Of a stretch of 64,000 nt of DNA, positions 40,903-52,859 are shown piece after piece; position 1 is the first letter of the stretch, and every line of letters begins with the position of its first letter. This DNA is from Octopus sinensis. Lineage: Eukaryota. The translations under genes were made by a program, and so were the position numbers. The stretch lies in assembly GCF_006345805.1 (NCBI RefSeq), contig NC_042998.1, positions 77,500,001 through 77,564,000 of the forward strand. The letters run 5' to 3'. The notes under the pieces were generated by a model. That model saw nothing but the letters and a program-made list of their open reading frames with translations. It was not told the origin of the DNA and searched no databases.

Positions 40903-42885
40903 AAAGAAATATACGGACCTTCCACACATGGACAGGCTCCTCTGAAGAGTAAAGACGGAGCGACCATCCTGAAAAGCAACACCGAAATAGGAGACAGATG
41001 GAGAGAACACTTCGATGACCTCCTCAATCACAAGGCTACCATCGACAAAAGCATACTTGACATGATTCCTAAAGAGGCCAAAGATTACTCTCTCGCTCGA
41101 ATTCCATCCCTCGAAGAGGTCAAAATTGCTATCACAGCGATGAAGAACAACAAAGCCGCGGGTCCTGACGGAATCCCAGCTGAGATCTACAAACTGGGAG
41201 GTGATTTTGTCCAACACCAGCTCCACCAACTCTTGGTCAAAATCTGGACAAATGAAGTTGTACCATCCGACTTCAGGGATGCAAGCATCATTACCATTTA
41301 CAAACGAAAGGACGATCATTCTGAGTGTGGAAATTACAGGGTATTTCCTTATTAGCAACTGCTGGGAAGATTCTTACACGGATCCTGAACAACCGCCTCA
41401 AAACGCTGACAGAGAGGATCCTTCCTGAGACGCAGACCGGCTTTAGGCCATCACGAAGCACAACCGACATGATCCTCACGCTGCGACAGCTACAAGAAAA
41501 ATGTCGTGAGCAACACTAACCGCTCTATTTGGCCTTTACCGACCTATCCAAAGCCTTTGATCGTGTCTCACGAGAGCTCCTCTGGGATACTCTCGCCCAG
41601 TATGGATGCCCAGATAAGTTCATCCGGATCCTGAAACTCCTCCACGACAATATGCACGCCAGAGTCCAGACCGACGCAGGCAGTTCTGAGCCCTTTAAAG
41701 TCACCCTCGGAGTGAAGCAAGGCTGCGTGATAGCGCCAACTCTCTTTACCATCTTTATTGCGACAGTGTTGCACATCATACTAGATGACCTTCCACCTGG
41801 CATCGAGATCTCGTACAGAATGGACGGCAAGCTTTTCAACCTCGCTCCCCTCAAAAGTACGTCAAAGACAATGACGCGAAGCTTGCTAGTGTTCCAATAT
41901 GCCGACGACAACAGTGTAGCAGCTTACAGAGGGGATCACCTCCAACAGATCCTAAATGTCTTTCATCATGCATATACTAAACTTGGACTGAGCATCAACA
42001 TCAAGAAGACTCACTTACTCTACCAACCTCCTCCCAATGCCCGTGTTGACAACCCGCTATCGATTCAACTCGAAGGAATTCCTCTGGAAAATGTGAACCA
42101 TTTCTGCTACCTTGGGAGCCATCTGTCAGCAAAGGTAGACCTCAGCGATGAAATCCAACACCGTCTAAAGTGTGCAGGAACAGCTTTCGGCAAGCTTCGA
42201 ACAAGAGTTTTTGCTGATCTGGACATCCGAACCGAAACCAAACTCATGGTATACAGGGCAGTCATTATTCCAACCCTCCTTTACGCACCCGAAACCTGGA
42301 CCCCGTATAGTCACCACCTGAAAACGCTCGAGAAATTTCACCAACGCTGTCTTCTGAAGATCCTTAACATCAGCTGGGAAGACAGAAGAACTAACGTCAG
42401 CGTGCTACAAGAAGCAAAAATGACCAGCATCGAAGCCTATGTCATCAAAGGCCAACTAAGATGGAGCGGCCACGTGGTTAGAATGACTGACGAACGACTT
42501 CCCAAACAGATCTTCTACTCCCAACTCAAAGACGGCAAGCGTACAAAAGGAGGCCAGAAGAAACGCTACAAGGACTCCCTGAAAACGAACCTCAAAAAGT
42601 GTGACATCGATTTCACTAACTGGGAGGAAACGGCAAAAAACAGACCACTCTGGAAAACCACCATCCATGAGGGAACGGTGACTTTCGGGTCGAAAAGGTC
42701 TGCAGAGCTGGAGGAGAAAAGACGACGACGGAAGGAGCGCCAACAACAACCACGTGCGACTCTCCCTTCCGGCACTGGATGTGCGCACTGCGACCGATCT
42801 TTTCAAGCAAGAATTGGTCTTATCAGTCACCTACGGACTCACCAGTAAATTTGCGCGAAGACCATCATCCTCGACCTTGAGGGAT

Positions 42886-42893
<8 letters not shown>
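40903..42893 (+). mobile_element. 5'-truncated RTE (BovB-like) LINE, relatively young
   Basis: KAAGPDGIPAEIYKLGG; AFTDLSKAFDRVSRELLW; GVKQGCVIAPTLF; FQYADD; CAHCDRSFQARIGLISHLRTH; 3' stem-loop ATCCTC..GAGGGAT; 439-aa open stretch 41529-42848. Confidence 0.95.
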
Positions 42894-42943
<50 letters not shown>

Positions 42944-43025
42944 TATAATACAGTGATTGTTTCGTGTCAGGAACAAAAAAATTAATAGGACTGCTATAGA
43001 AGTGCTCTATTGAAAGAGACAAAAA

Positions 43026-43851
43026 TATCAAGCTAAAGTTATTGAACAAACAAATGCAAGGTCATCCGCATAACATTTCATAATTCGAACATTTAATCAT
43101 AGAATATACATATAAACATCCCGCAAGATGGAACATAATTCATCTGTACAAGCATACAAGCATATAATAATAATATGGTGCGAGGAAAAAAAATTTTTCA
43201 TCACAGTTTTAGCGATTCAGAAAAATACATTTTTTTTTTAAACCATTACCACACCTAGAAAGTAAAAATATAATATAAAGCAATATATAAAAATATATAG
43301 GTATATAAAAATATATAAAAAATATATATATATATACATATAGGAGCATATAAAAATATATAATATATATCATGTAAATAAAATAAAAGTTCATCGTTTA
43401 GAAATCTTATTAAATAATTATTCAAGTAAATAGAAGCCTTATAGTTAAAAAGGGAACCATATTTACTTATCCCTATGGCCATTTTAGGGGTGTATTATGT
43501 TTAAAGCATTGGGGTGCATCCATATATGTATATGTATATATATATTTTATATATTTTTATATACCTATATATTTTTATATATTACTTTATATTATATTTT
43601 TACTTTCTAGGTGTCGTAATGTTTTTTTTTTTTAATGTATTTTTCTGAATCGCTAAAGTATTAACACTAAACTGTGATGAAAAATTTTTTTGTGGCACCA
43701 TATTATTATTACATGCTTGTATGCTTGTACAGATGAATTATGTTCCATCTTGCGGGATGTTTATATGTATATTCTATGAATAAATGTTCGAATTATGAAA
43801 TGATATGCGGATGACCTTGCATTTGTTTGTTCAATAACTTTAGTTTGATAT
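43026..43851. repeat. Inverted repeat, ~315-bp arms (43026-43341 and 43522-43851), ~180-bp spacer
   Basis: e.g. CATCCCGCAAGATGGAACATAATTCATCTGTACAAGCATACAAGCAT versus its reverse complement near 43713-43760; few substitutions and one ~12-nt indel. Confidence 0.93.
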
Positions 43852-44034
43852 ATATATATATATACATACAGTGTTTTTGTGTTTTCTGTCACTGTTTATT
43901 CTCTACTACCGCTTCACGAGCGGTGAGGTGAGCTTACGTCTCCGCCATCTAGATATTCGGCAAAGAGAGCGATAAAATAAGAAGCAGGTTTAAAAATAAG
44001 TACCGTGATCTATTCGTTGAACTTAAATTCTTGA

Positions 44035-44220
44035 TGACTGACTCCCGACGGACAAAAAGTGCTTAGCGGCATCTCTTCCGAATTTACTGTGTTGAAATAC
44101 TGCCAGGGCCGGTTCACCTTTCATCCTTTTGGGGTCGATAAAAAAACAGTACCAGCTATAATCAACTTGCACTCTCCCTCGAAATTACTCGTCTTGTTCA
44201 AAAATTTTATACCAATATTT
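44035..44220 (+). mobile_element. SINE
   Basis: GCTTAGCGGCAT..CCTTTCATCCTTTTGGGGTCGATAAAA..GTACCAG. Confidence 0.65.
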
Positions 44221-44490
44221 TTGCATCCGCAATATATTTTGAAGTTTCCACATTTTTAACTCCATTTGATTTTATGTCTCATATTACTGCCACTAACTTA
44301 CATTTGTACAACTGCCCAATCCCCAAGCCATCGCTTCTGTCGTTGAAATTCCTTCTTTTCGTCTTTATTTACTTCATTTTATTTATACATATTCTTTATA
44401 GTTCGGAAGTTCATTTATGTACTCATCTGTTACTTTCTCAATTGAGTTTTTCCATTGAGGTCTTTGCCCACCATATTTCTCTCCCCTATA

Positions 44491-44600
44491 TCAAAACACA
44501 TTCTTCTTCTTCTTCTTCTTCTTCTTCTTCTTCTTCTTCTTCTTCTTCTTCTTCTTCTCTTCTTCTTCTTCTTCTTCTTCTTCTTCTTCTTCTTCTTCAT
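44491..44600. repeat. (TTC)n microsatellite
   Basis: Direct reading. Confidence 0.95.
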
Positions 44601-44839
44601 CCTCTTCTTCTTCTCTGCTCAGCCCTTTTCTTTACTCATTTTCTTTTCTCTTTCTTATTTTCCTTCTTCCTGTTCTTTGTTAATTTCTGTTTTACTTTTC
44701 ACTTGTCTACTTTTCTTTTTTTATATTTTACATCACTTCTATTTTCCTCTTTCTATTTTTCTTACTTGTGTTTTTTTCTTTTTTTCTGGTCATCACATAT
44801 TTTCTCTCCTCCACCTTTATACATTCTATATCGATGTAA

Positions 44840-44887
44840 CTTGACTGAAGACCCTGTGCACACACAGGCGAAACTTAGAGTAGCAAG
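44840..44887 (+). ncRNA. Near-intact type-I hammerhead ribozyme motif
   Basis: CUUGA-CUGAAGA-CCCUGUG(CACA)CACAGGC-GAAA-CUUAGAG-UA-GCAAG; core intact; mismatches at 10.1:11.1 and 1.1:2.1. Confidence 0.75.
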
Positions 44888-44970
44888 AGACTGATTCAAC
44901 TGAAGTATAATACATTATCATTTTCCAATATACGATTAAGTAAAATTTTCCGACAATCAACATTAAATCT

Positions 44971-45029
<59 letters not shown>

Positions 45030-45509
45030 TATATATATATGTGTGTGTGTGTGTATGTATGTGTCTTTATATGTATGACTCATATTATATGGACATATAT
45101 ATTAAAAATCACAATGATTTTATCACATGCAAGTGAGAAACATTTTTGTACACCAATTAAATAAATGTAAAATCGATTTTTAGCAAGTAAGTACTTTCAC
45201 ATAATAATGGTCGATTTAAAGTTGGAATTTGAAATTAAAATTCAGATACTAAACATAAGTGTAAAAATAATTCTTCTATTATAAAAGATCATTATATCTT
45301 TATAAGCAGACGAATAGCAGTTTTTATGGTCTTTGCACTTTGCCAAGGTTAATAAGATAGATTTGGTTGATGGTCTGTTTGACCATTCAGATATTTTGTT
45401 GCATGCAAGGAAGGGCTTGTTTCAGTATGTTATAAAACGTTTGCATACTAAAGGTGATAGAAGAGTGATATACAACACACACACACACACCACACACACA
45501 CACACAAAC

Positions 45510-45571
<62 letters not shown>

Positions 45572-45679
45572 GTATATGTATGTACATCTATGCACACACA
45601 TACATACACACATACTCACATACATTCATCGCACACACTGCCACAACATACACACAGACACACTCACACATCACACATC

Positions 45680-46597
45680 CAACACCTACGTACGCGCATA
45701 CTCGCAGGCACGCGCACATACGCACTTACGACGCCGCTCGCGTTGCATACGCGTCGCATACACCTCGCCCTTGGACCTGACGAGACCTCCCGCCCGTTCC
45801 TGGGACCGTCGCGTGTCGTTGGGTTTTCCCACGCCTGTCTCCGCGGTACCACTCTTCCATCTTCCCCTCAGCTGGAGTCCTTTTTCCTTACCCTAACCCC
45901 CCCCTTTTTCGTTACACACACGCGCACACATATACACACCTTGCCTATATATATACATCACTCTTACACACATTCAATCTACTCATTAATACCACCACGA
46001 CACTGGACACACACACACACTACTACTCAACACACGCTGGCACGCTACATACGCCCCCACCCCTTCCCCTCCCTCCCTTCCTCCTTCCTTCTTTTTCTTA
46101 CTACTGACCTCCCTTCCCTTCCTTCCTTTTTCTTAGTACTGACCTCGTCTGCTAGCTGACCACTAGTCTCGCCCTACCTCACACGCCTACACACAGACGC
46201 ACACACTAACACACACATATTTTTTTGTTTTTCATCTCGCCTCACACACACACATACACACACGCACATGCACACACTCACACATACACACACATCTGTT
46301 GGGTTACCAACCTTGTCTCCACTCTTTTGCCTTTAAAAACCCACTTTGCTCTTGTTATCGTCAACATCCGCCTTTCACCATGTGCAACTCGTAAACACCA
46401 GTCGTCTTTTTTCTCTTTCCCTGTTGCCCGCTCTGGGATCTTTCTTTTCCCTCTCTTCCTTCTTTATGTTTCCGACGAAGAGCTCCGCTCGAAACGTCAT
46501 ACCTCCCTGCTTCCATCTCCTGAGCGCCTATTAATAATAATACTGTAATTGTTCCTGTTGTTGTTGTTTTTTTGTTTCCCTTTTGGATTAAAATTAT
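45680..46597 (+). mobile_element. Penelope-like 3' region: CA/pyrimidine-rich UTR, hammerhead, terminus in (TA)n
   Basis: Same layout as 55618-56210 on the opposite strand; sequence after the ribozyme (CCTGAGCGC) is homologous; 5' boundary approximate. Confidence 0.5.
46466..46503 (+). ncRNA. Minimal hammerhead motif, core CCGACGA (U4C), GUC site
   Basis: GUUU-CCGACGA-A-GAGC(UCC)GCUC-GAAA-CG-U-C-AUAC; stem I has one mismatch. Confidence 0.65.
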
Positions 46598-46643
46598 ATA
46601 TATATATATATATATTATGTATATATATATGTATATATATATA

Positions 46644-46681
<38 letters not shown>

Positions 46682-46687
<6 letters not shown>

Positions 46688-48140
46688 CCTACATATAATA
46701 TGTATATAATTAAGAGACAAAACCTTTAGTAAGTAATTCAATTAATAGTGAAAGGTATTATCTATAATAAATCATATAGAAAGAATTTAGATATATTACA
46801 ATAAATATTATCCTAAAAATCACTAAATTAAATAAACATTAAATTGACTACGCGTGTTTCGTGACTATATATTTAAATCGATGATTTTAAAATCGATAAT
46901 ATTAAAAGTTAATTTTAAACGTTAAACTAAGAGATTAGCGTTGCTAAGAAATCTGTCACGTTAAAACATAACGTAAATAATAAATATAGGATAAATAAAT
47001 AGAAATCTGTATTTTAGGGGTGAAAATAAATAAACTTGACGTGATTTACCATTTACTGAGAAAAAGTCTAAATTCTCAATAATTTAAAACTAAAACTTTA
47101 TACGTAATATAATAAAATAAATTTCGATAAATTAATATATATTCATCAATTTATTTATTTATTTTATAAACACCTTGGTTTAATCTTATTCTAGGTTACA
47201 CTTCATAATCTACGGCTAAATTATACTCATTATACTATTACAAATTATAACTATAAATTTGTAACATAAATCAGGGTTTATATATATATACGCAAATTAG
47301 ATAAACTTATTACATAAGTAATTTAACCTATGTCTACAATTAATTTTTCTCTCATCTAGGTAATTAATGAATATTTTTATTATTAGATAGTAATATCTGT
47401 ATAAATTCATTTGTACATTGTAAACAAAAATTATTACCCATTCGATAAGACTTAACTTTACAAACTATCTCCAAATTTAAATTATACTTAATTCCTTTAG
47501 ATTTCAATTCCCATATATATTTGCTAAGGCCAGTAGAACTAATCAATGTTTTATTCTTAAATGAATGCATGTGTTGAGCCACCATTAATTTAATTTTATT
47601 AGAAGTCGAGCCCACATAAATCGCATTTAAATTATAACTATTCCTATTAATACTATCATCTCTCAGAGATATAAAGCATTTATATACTACATCATCCACA
47701 TTACATTTATGTTTAAATTTACATTTTGTCTTATCTATGCATGTAGAATTAATTATATTCTGCTCATTATTATTATTGGAATAATTATTTAATTTGTTAA
47801 TGTAAAATTTATTCAGCTTCAATTTATTAAAAGAAGAAATAATGTTACCAACAGTGTTAGTAGTAGAATAACCAACTCCAAAATTATTACTAGAAAACTT
47901 GTTATTATAATTTTAAATCGAATTAATATCAACTTTTAATATTATCGATTTAAATATATAGTCACGAAACGCGCGTAGTCAATTTAATGTTTATTTAATT
48001 TAGTGATTTTTAGAATAATATTTATTACGATATATTTAAATTCTTTCTATATGATTTATTATAGATAATATCTTTCACTATTAATTGAATTACATAATAG
48101 AGGTTTTGCTTCTTAATTATAGACATATATTAGATATTAT
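46682..48140 (-). mobile_element. Penelope-like element fragment (GIY-YIG) bracketed by an inverted copy of its own 3' terminal ~230 bp
   Basis: ORF 47364-47822 CNVDDVVYKC..IYVGSTSN..HMHSFKNK..TGLSKYIWELK..CLQC; arms about 46682-46911 and 47922-48140. Confidence 0.88.
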
Positions 48141-48238
48141 ATATTTATATATTTTGAAATATTAATTTAGTATTGCTTAATTGAACTTTTCCCTGTAAGT
48201 TTGGAATTTTATATTCCCTACTATTAATAACATATGTA

Positions 48239-48295
<57 letters not shown>

Positions 48296-48778
48296 ATATA
48301 TTATAGATAGAAAAGTAACACACGAGCCGATATGTATCAGGAAATTAAGAGAAGGTAGATAATGCTAAAATAGTTTTATCATGAAGAACATTATTTTAGG
48401 ATATGGGGGCAGTCAGAGGAGACATTTAACAGTATTAATAGTGAGGATGCAATGATGCTAATGAAAATTATACATATAATCTTATTCAGTTATTCACAAC
48501 CTATCCTCACTTCTTTTGTCCCAGTACGATTTAAATAAGACGGTGCTTTATTGTAGCTATGTGTTATTTGGACTCTTATTTCTAGCAGTACTGGAGCTGA
48601 AAAACGCCCTCAGTCACATTAGTGACGTATATATTTTGACCATTCCGTTGAAAAATTGCTATTTATAAGATTATATATATTATATATATATATATATTAT
48701 ATATATATATATATATATAAATAATAGAAATATTAAATTTCTAATATCTCAGAGATATAAGCAGAGGTGGAACGATAG

Positions 48779-49150
48779 AGCAGTTGTATACTGTCAACTT
48801 AACGTGACAGTCCCATAAAAGGAATCACACCGCCGCTATTTAACCCTTGGAGGCAACAACGCTTCCTGTCGGCTTTGACACATTTCCTGTGTCCTTGTGA
48901 TTACAAAGGGGAGACAAGCACCCCCAACAGCTAGGCAGCATCTACTCCAGACTGATGACGAGCAAGACTCAAAACATATCTCTGGGTGCAGGTCTAGCTG
49001 TTGGGGGGTGCTTGTCTCCCCTTTGTAAACATAAGGACACAGGAAATGTATCAAAGCCGACAGGTAGCGTTGATGCTTCCTAGGGCTAAATAGCGATGGT
49101 GCGATTCCCTTTATGGGACTGTCAGGTTAAGTTGACAGTATACAACTGCT
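48779..49150. mobile_element. Fold-back element: ~158-bp inverted arms with a hammerhead motif in the loop
   Basis: 48779-48936 versus 48992-49150, about 14 differences counted by eye (~91%). Confidence 0.9.
48946..48986 (+). ncRNA. Minimal hammerhead motif, probably inactivated (G12A)
   Basis: UCCAGA-CUGAUGA-C-GAG(CAAGA)CUC-AAAA-CAUA-UC-UCUGGG; AAAA and ACAUAU are each one G>A change from GAAA and palindromic ACAUGU. Confidence 0.7.
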
Positions 49151-49157
49151 ATTTCTC

Positions 49158-49198
<41 letters not shown>

Positions 49199-49316
49199 AT
49201 TATATATATATATTATCTATATATATATATATATATAATATACACACACTCACATGCACACACACACGCCTTCGTCTTTTGTCTATTTTCATAAAGCTTC
49301 CCGTTATATATATATA

Positions 49317-49367
<51 letters not shown>

Positions 49368-49368
49368 T

Positions 49369-49427
<59 letters not shown>

Positions 49428-49537
49428 TATATTATATTATATTATATTATATTAAATTAGAGATAAAACCACTATTAGGCAAATCAAACATTGAAAATCA
49501 TAACCCAATACATAGAAAAAAAAAATATATATATATA

Positions 49538-49880
49538 CAACGAACAGGTGCATTAGTTTAACGCTCGGGAAGGTGAGAGAGTCTTTTACGTTTCGAGCCT
49601 ACGCTATTCCACAGAAAGGAACACGAGAAATAAACACCGAGAGAATAAGAAAAAAAACTTTTGGAGCTAGCAGTCAATAATGGCGGCTGGCTGGACAAAG
49701 GTAGTTAGATAAGGGAGCTAGGAAGAAGGGGAGATTATAAAGTATTGGTGATCCGAAAACGAAGGGGCGCGGGCGTTAGTATGTGAGAGTGCGTGCCTGT
49801 GGATAGGGGCTGGTGTCTTTGATGTATGGATGTGTGCGTCTATAATGTGTGGGTGTGTGGATGATGGTGTGGGTGCTGGG
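49538..49880 (-). mobile_element. Hammerhead-bearing repeat (family of 12827 and 55618)
   Basis: Shared GTCTTTTACGTTTCGAGCCTACGCT..ACAGAAAG block; CA-rich upstream region on the minus strand. Confidence 0.7.
49582..49618 (-). ncRNA. Minimal hammerhead-like motif, variant core CUGUGGA
   Basis: CUUU-CUGUGGA-A-UAGC(GUAG)GCUC-GAAA-CG-U-A-AAAG; one stem II mismatch. Confidence 0.6.
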
Positions 49881-49990
49881 AAACAGGTAAGGGTTGGCAA
49901 CGAGGAGGGCGTCCAGCCATAGAGAATCTTCTTCTACAAATTCTGTCTGACTCATGCAAGCATGGAAAAGTGATCGTTAAATGATGATGT
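49880..49990 (+). mobile_element. SINE 3' fragment
   Basis: GGTTGGCAACGAGGAGGGCGTCCAGCC..CATGCAAGCATGGAAAAG..GTTAAATGATGATG; homologous to 53330-53505. Confidence 0.6.
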
Positions 49991-50107
49991 AACCACAGTA
50001 AGGATTATCTTTTCATCCATGTGAAGTCAACAAAGTAAGTCTCAAACGATTGTACCACCTTCAAAATATTCAGCTTTGTTAGACATCGTCATTATCCTTA
50101 TTACATC

Positions 50108-50148
<41 letters not shown>

Positions 50149-52728
50149 TATTATTATTGTTGTTATTATTATTATTATTATGTTTTTTCCTTCTTTCTTC
50201 AAATTTTCTTCCGTTTCTCGCCGAGTGTTTTCCATACACCTAGGGCAGAGAAGGGCATTGTATGCATTCCCAGATTACACGCGCAAATTCACAGATAAAA
50301 TATGTATTTAAAAATTAATAAATAAATTCATGGATGAATGTTATTTTCACAGCGATAGCGCTCTTCTCAGTACATGAGCCGTTCCAATTAATATGATTTT
50401 TTTGCACTTCCTGTAGGGATGGTAAGCCTGGAATCATTTTCAAATAGGTTTCATTGCCTTTTTTTTTATCATTCCTAGAGATCATACAATCACTGGTACT
50501 GTAGTCGCCTTGAGATGACACATTTTTTTCAATTTCCATTAGCAGGTCTTTATATTTACTAATCTTGTCAAATTCTTTCGCCGCTATATTGTGATCACAG
50601 AGAATACTCATGTCAATTAATAAACACATCCGTTTTGTCTGATCTTTTATAATGATATCCGGTTTATTGGCTTTTATAGTCATGTCGGTCTGCAAGGGGA
50701 AGTCCCATAGAATCGACACATTTTCTCCCTCAGTCACAGCTTCAGGATGATATTTATACCATTTGTCAACGGTTTTGATTTTATAATGCCGACATATTGT
50801 CCAGTATAAATACTGGCCGACTCTGTCATGTCTTGCTTTATATTCTGCAGGTGCTAAGACTCTACACCCTGAGATTATGTGGTCTATTTCAATCTCATCG
50901 TTACAGAATCAGCATTTTGGGTCAGCTCCATTTTTTATCACATTGGCTTGGTAGTTCCGGGTAAATAAGCTTTGGTCTTGAGCAGCTAATATGAAACCTT
51001 CACTCTCTGCTTTTAGCCCTGAACTTCGTAACCATTGGTGCGTGTGTTTCTGGTCGACATCAGCTTGTTTGCTACGGGCCACATACTTGCCATGGAGAGG
51101 TTTCTGTTCCCATCTGCTAGCTAAATTTTCAAGTGCTTTTGTCTTTGCAATTAATTTTCTTTTCTTTGCAGCTGCAGTTGGCGCATTTCATTCAGCCTGC
51201 TCAATCTGGTGGGTATGTAAGAGATCAGCAGCGAATTTTTTGCTCTCTTTGAGAATAGAGTGATGTTTCTTAGGTCTTTCATGCTTTTCAACAAGTTTTA
51301 GCATCCAATCGTTGGTTGTTTCAAGGTATTTGGCCAGTCCGATTGTGGTGGTTTTGTATGTGAGTTCAAGCTGGATCAAACCTCGACTTCCCTGAGCTCT
51401 GGGAAGGTAAAGGCGATCCACGTCTACCTTTGGATGGTGCATCTTATTACAAGTCAGTAGCTTGCGGATTTTCCTGTCAATTTTCATTATTTCACTAGTA
51501 TTCCAGTTGCTACTGAAGCTATAAAGAACAACTGGTACTGCTAAGGAATTTATGGCTAAAACCTTATTATATGCATTCAGCTCAGACTTCAGGACTGCTC
51601 GAACTCTTCTATAACATTTTTTCCTAACCTTCTCTTTCATGCTTGCATGCTGGATACCAGAGCCTTCATTTATTCCTAGGTATTTATAGGTCTGTTCCTG
51701 CTCAAGTTCCTTTATTACTATTTCGACATCTAATTCGATTGAACTAGACTTTACCAATTTCCCTTTCTTAAAAGTGGCTTTGGCACACTTTTCAAGGCCA
51801 AACTCCATCCCGATATCATCACTGAATCCTTTCACAGTATGTAATAATCCTTCAAGCTCTTCATCATCCTTGCCATATAGCTTTAGGTCATCCATATAAA
51901 ATAGATGGCTTATTTTCTTGTTGTCAATTTTGTAGCCATATCCTGTTCTATTCAGTTCACTTGTGAGTGGTATTAGTGCTATGCAGAATATTAGTGGTGA
52001 AAGTGAGTCACCTTGGAAAATTCCACAGTTTATGCTAATGTTGTTTGAGTGCAATACTCCATTAGGATGATATAATTGGTGCTTCATGTTCTATAGTGAC
52101 ATATTATACTTTAAAAAATCTGAAATCATAGGAGAAATTTTGAAAATGTCCAGCGATTTCAGAATCCACGAACGTGGTATGCTGTCAAAGGCTTTTTTAT
52201 AATCAATCCATGAAGAGCTGAGATTTCTGCGCTTGTTATGGCAGTTCTCAAGGATCATGCGATTAATTAGGAGCTGATCTTTGCATCCGTATGAGCCTCG
52301 TCTGCATCCTTTTTGTTCAGTGGGAAAGAGGTTATTCTCTTCCATAAACGTATATGTTTTCTCTACAATAGATGTCAAGATCTTATAGGTAGTAGATAAA
52401 CATGTTATAGGCTGATAGTTTTTTGGGTCTTTCGTTTTGTTATTTTTGGGGAGGAGGTAAGTAATACCATTTGCCATCCAATGTGGTGTTTTTTTTCGGG
52501 TCTTTCATAATACTATTAAATAGTATTACTAACATTTTGTGTGCGGACGAGAGTGATGAGAGCTAGAAATTTGGTACTCTATCAATACCAGGGGATTTCC
52601 ACTTATGAGCCTTCGTTAGTGCTCTCCTTAGATCGGCGATTGAGATGTCTTCCCATACCTGTTCTTGTAGATTTTTGTAATCATCTTGGGTGCGTTTGAT
52701 CCACTCATCTTGGGTGCGTTTGATCCAC

Positions 52729-52730
<2 letters not shown>
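50108..52730 (-). mobile_element. Largest Dong/R4-type LINE copy (RT, RLE, 3' UTR), 5'-truncated, with frameshifts, inside (ATT)n
   Basis: GITYLLPK..NYQPITCL..EQKGCRRGSYGCKDQLL..WIDYKKAFDS; GIFQGDSLSPLIF..HLFYMDDLKLY..YKYLG; ILWDFPLQTD..KPDIIIKD..LIDMSI..KISKYKDL; ATT tracts 50108-50180 and 52730-52910. Confidence 0.95.
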
Positions 52731-52807
<77 letters not shown>

Positions 52808-52824
52808 CATTATTATTATTATTA

Positions 52825-52859
<35 letters not shown>

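Noticed and set aside
45770-45815. CTGACGA-GACC as a hammerhead
   Set aside because: No GAAA and no matching stem II
47110-47155. Minus-strand TTGATGA..CGAAA in the PLE 3' UTR
   Set aside because: C3 is absent and stems cannot be distinguished from AT-rich background
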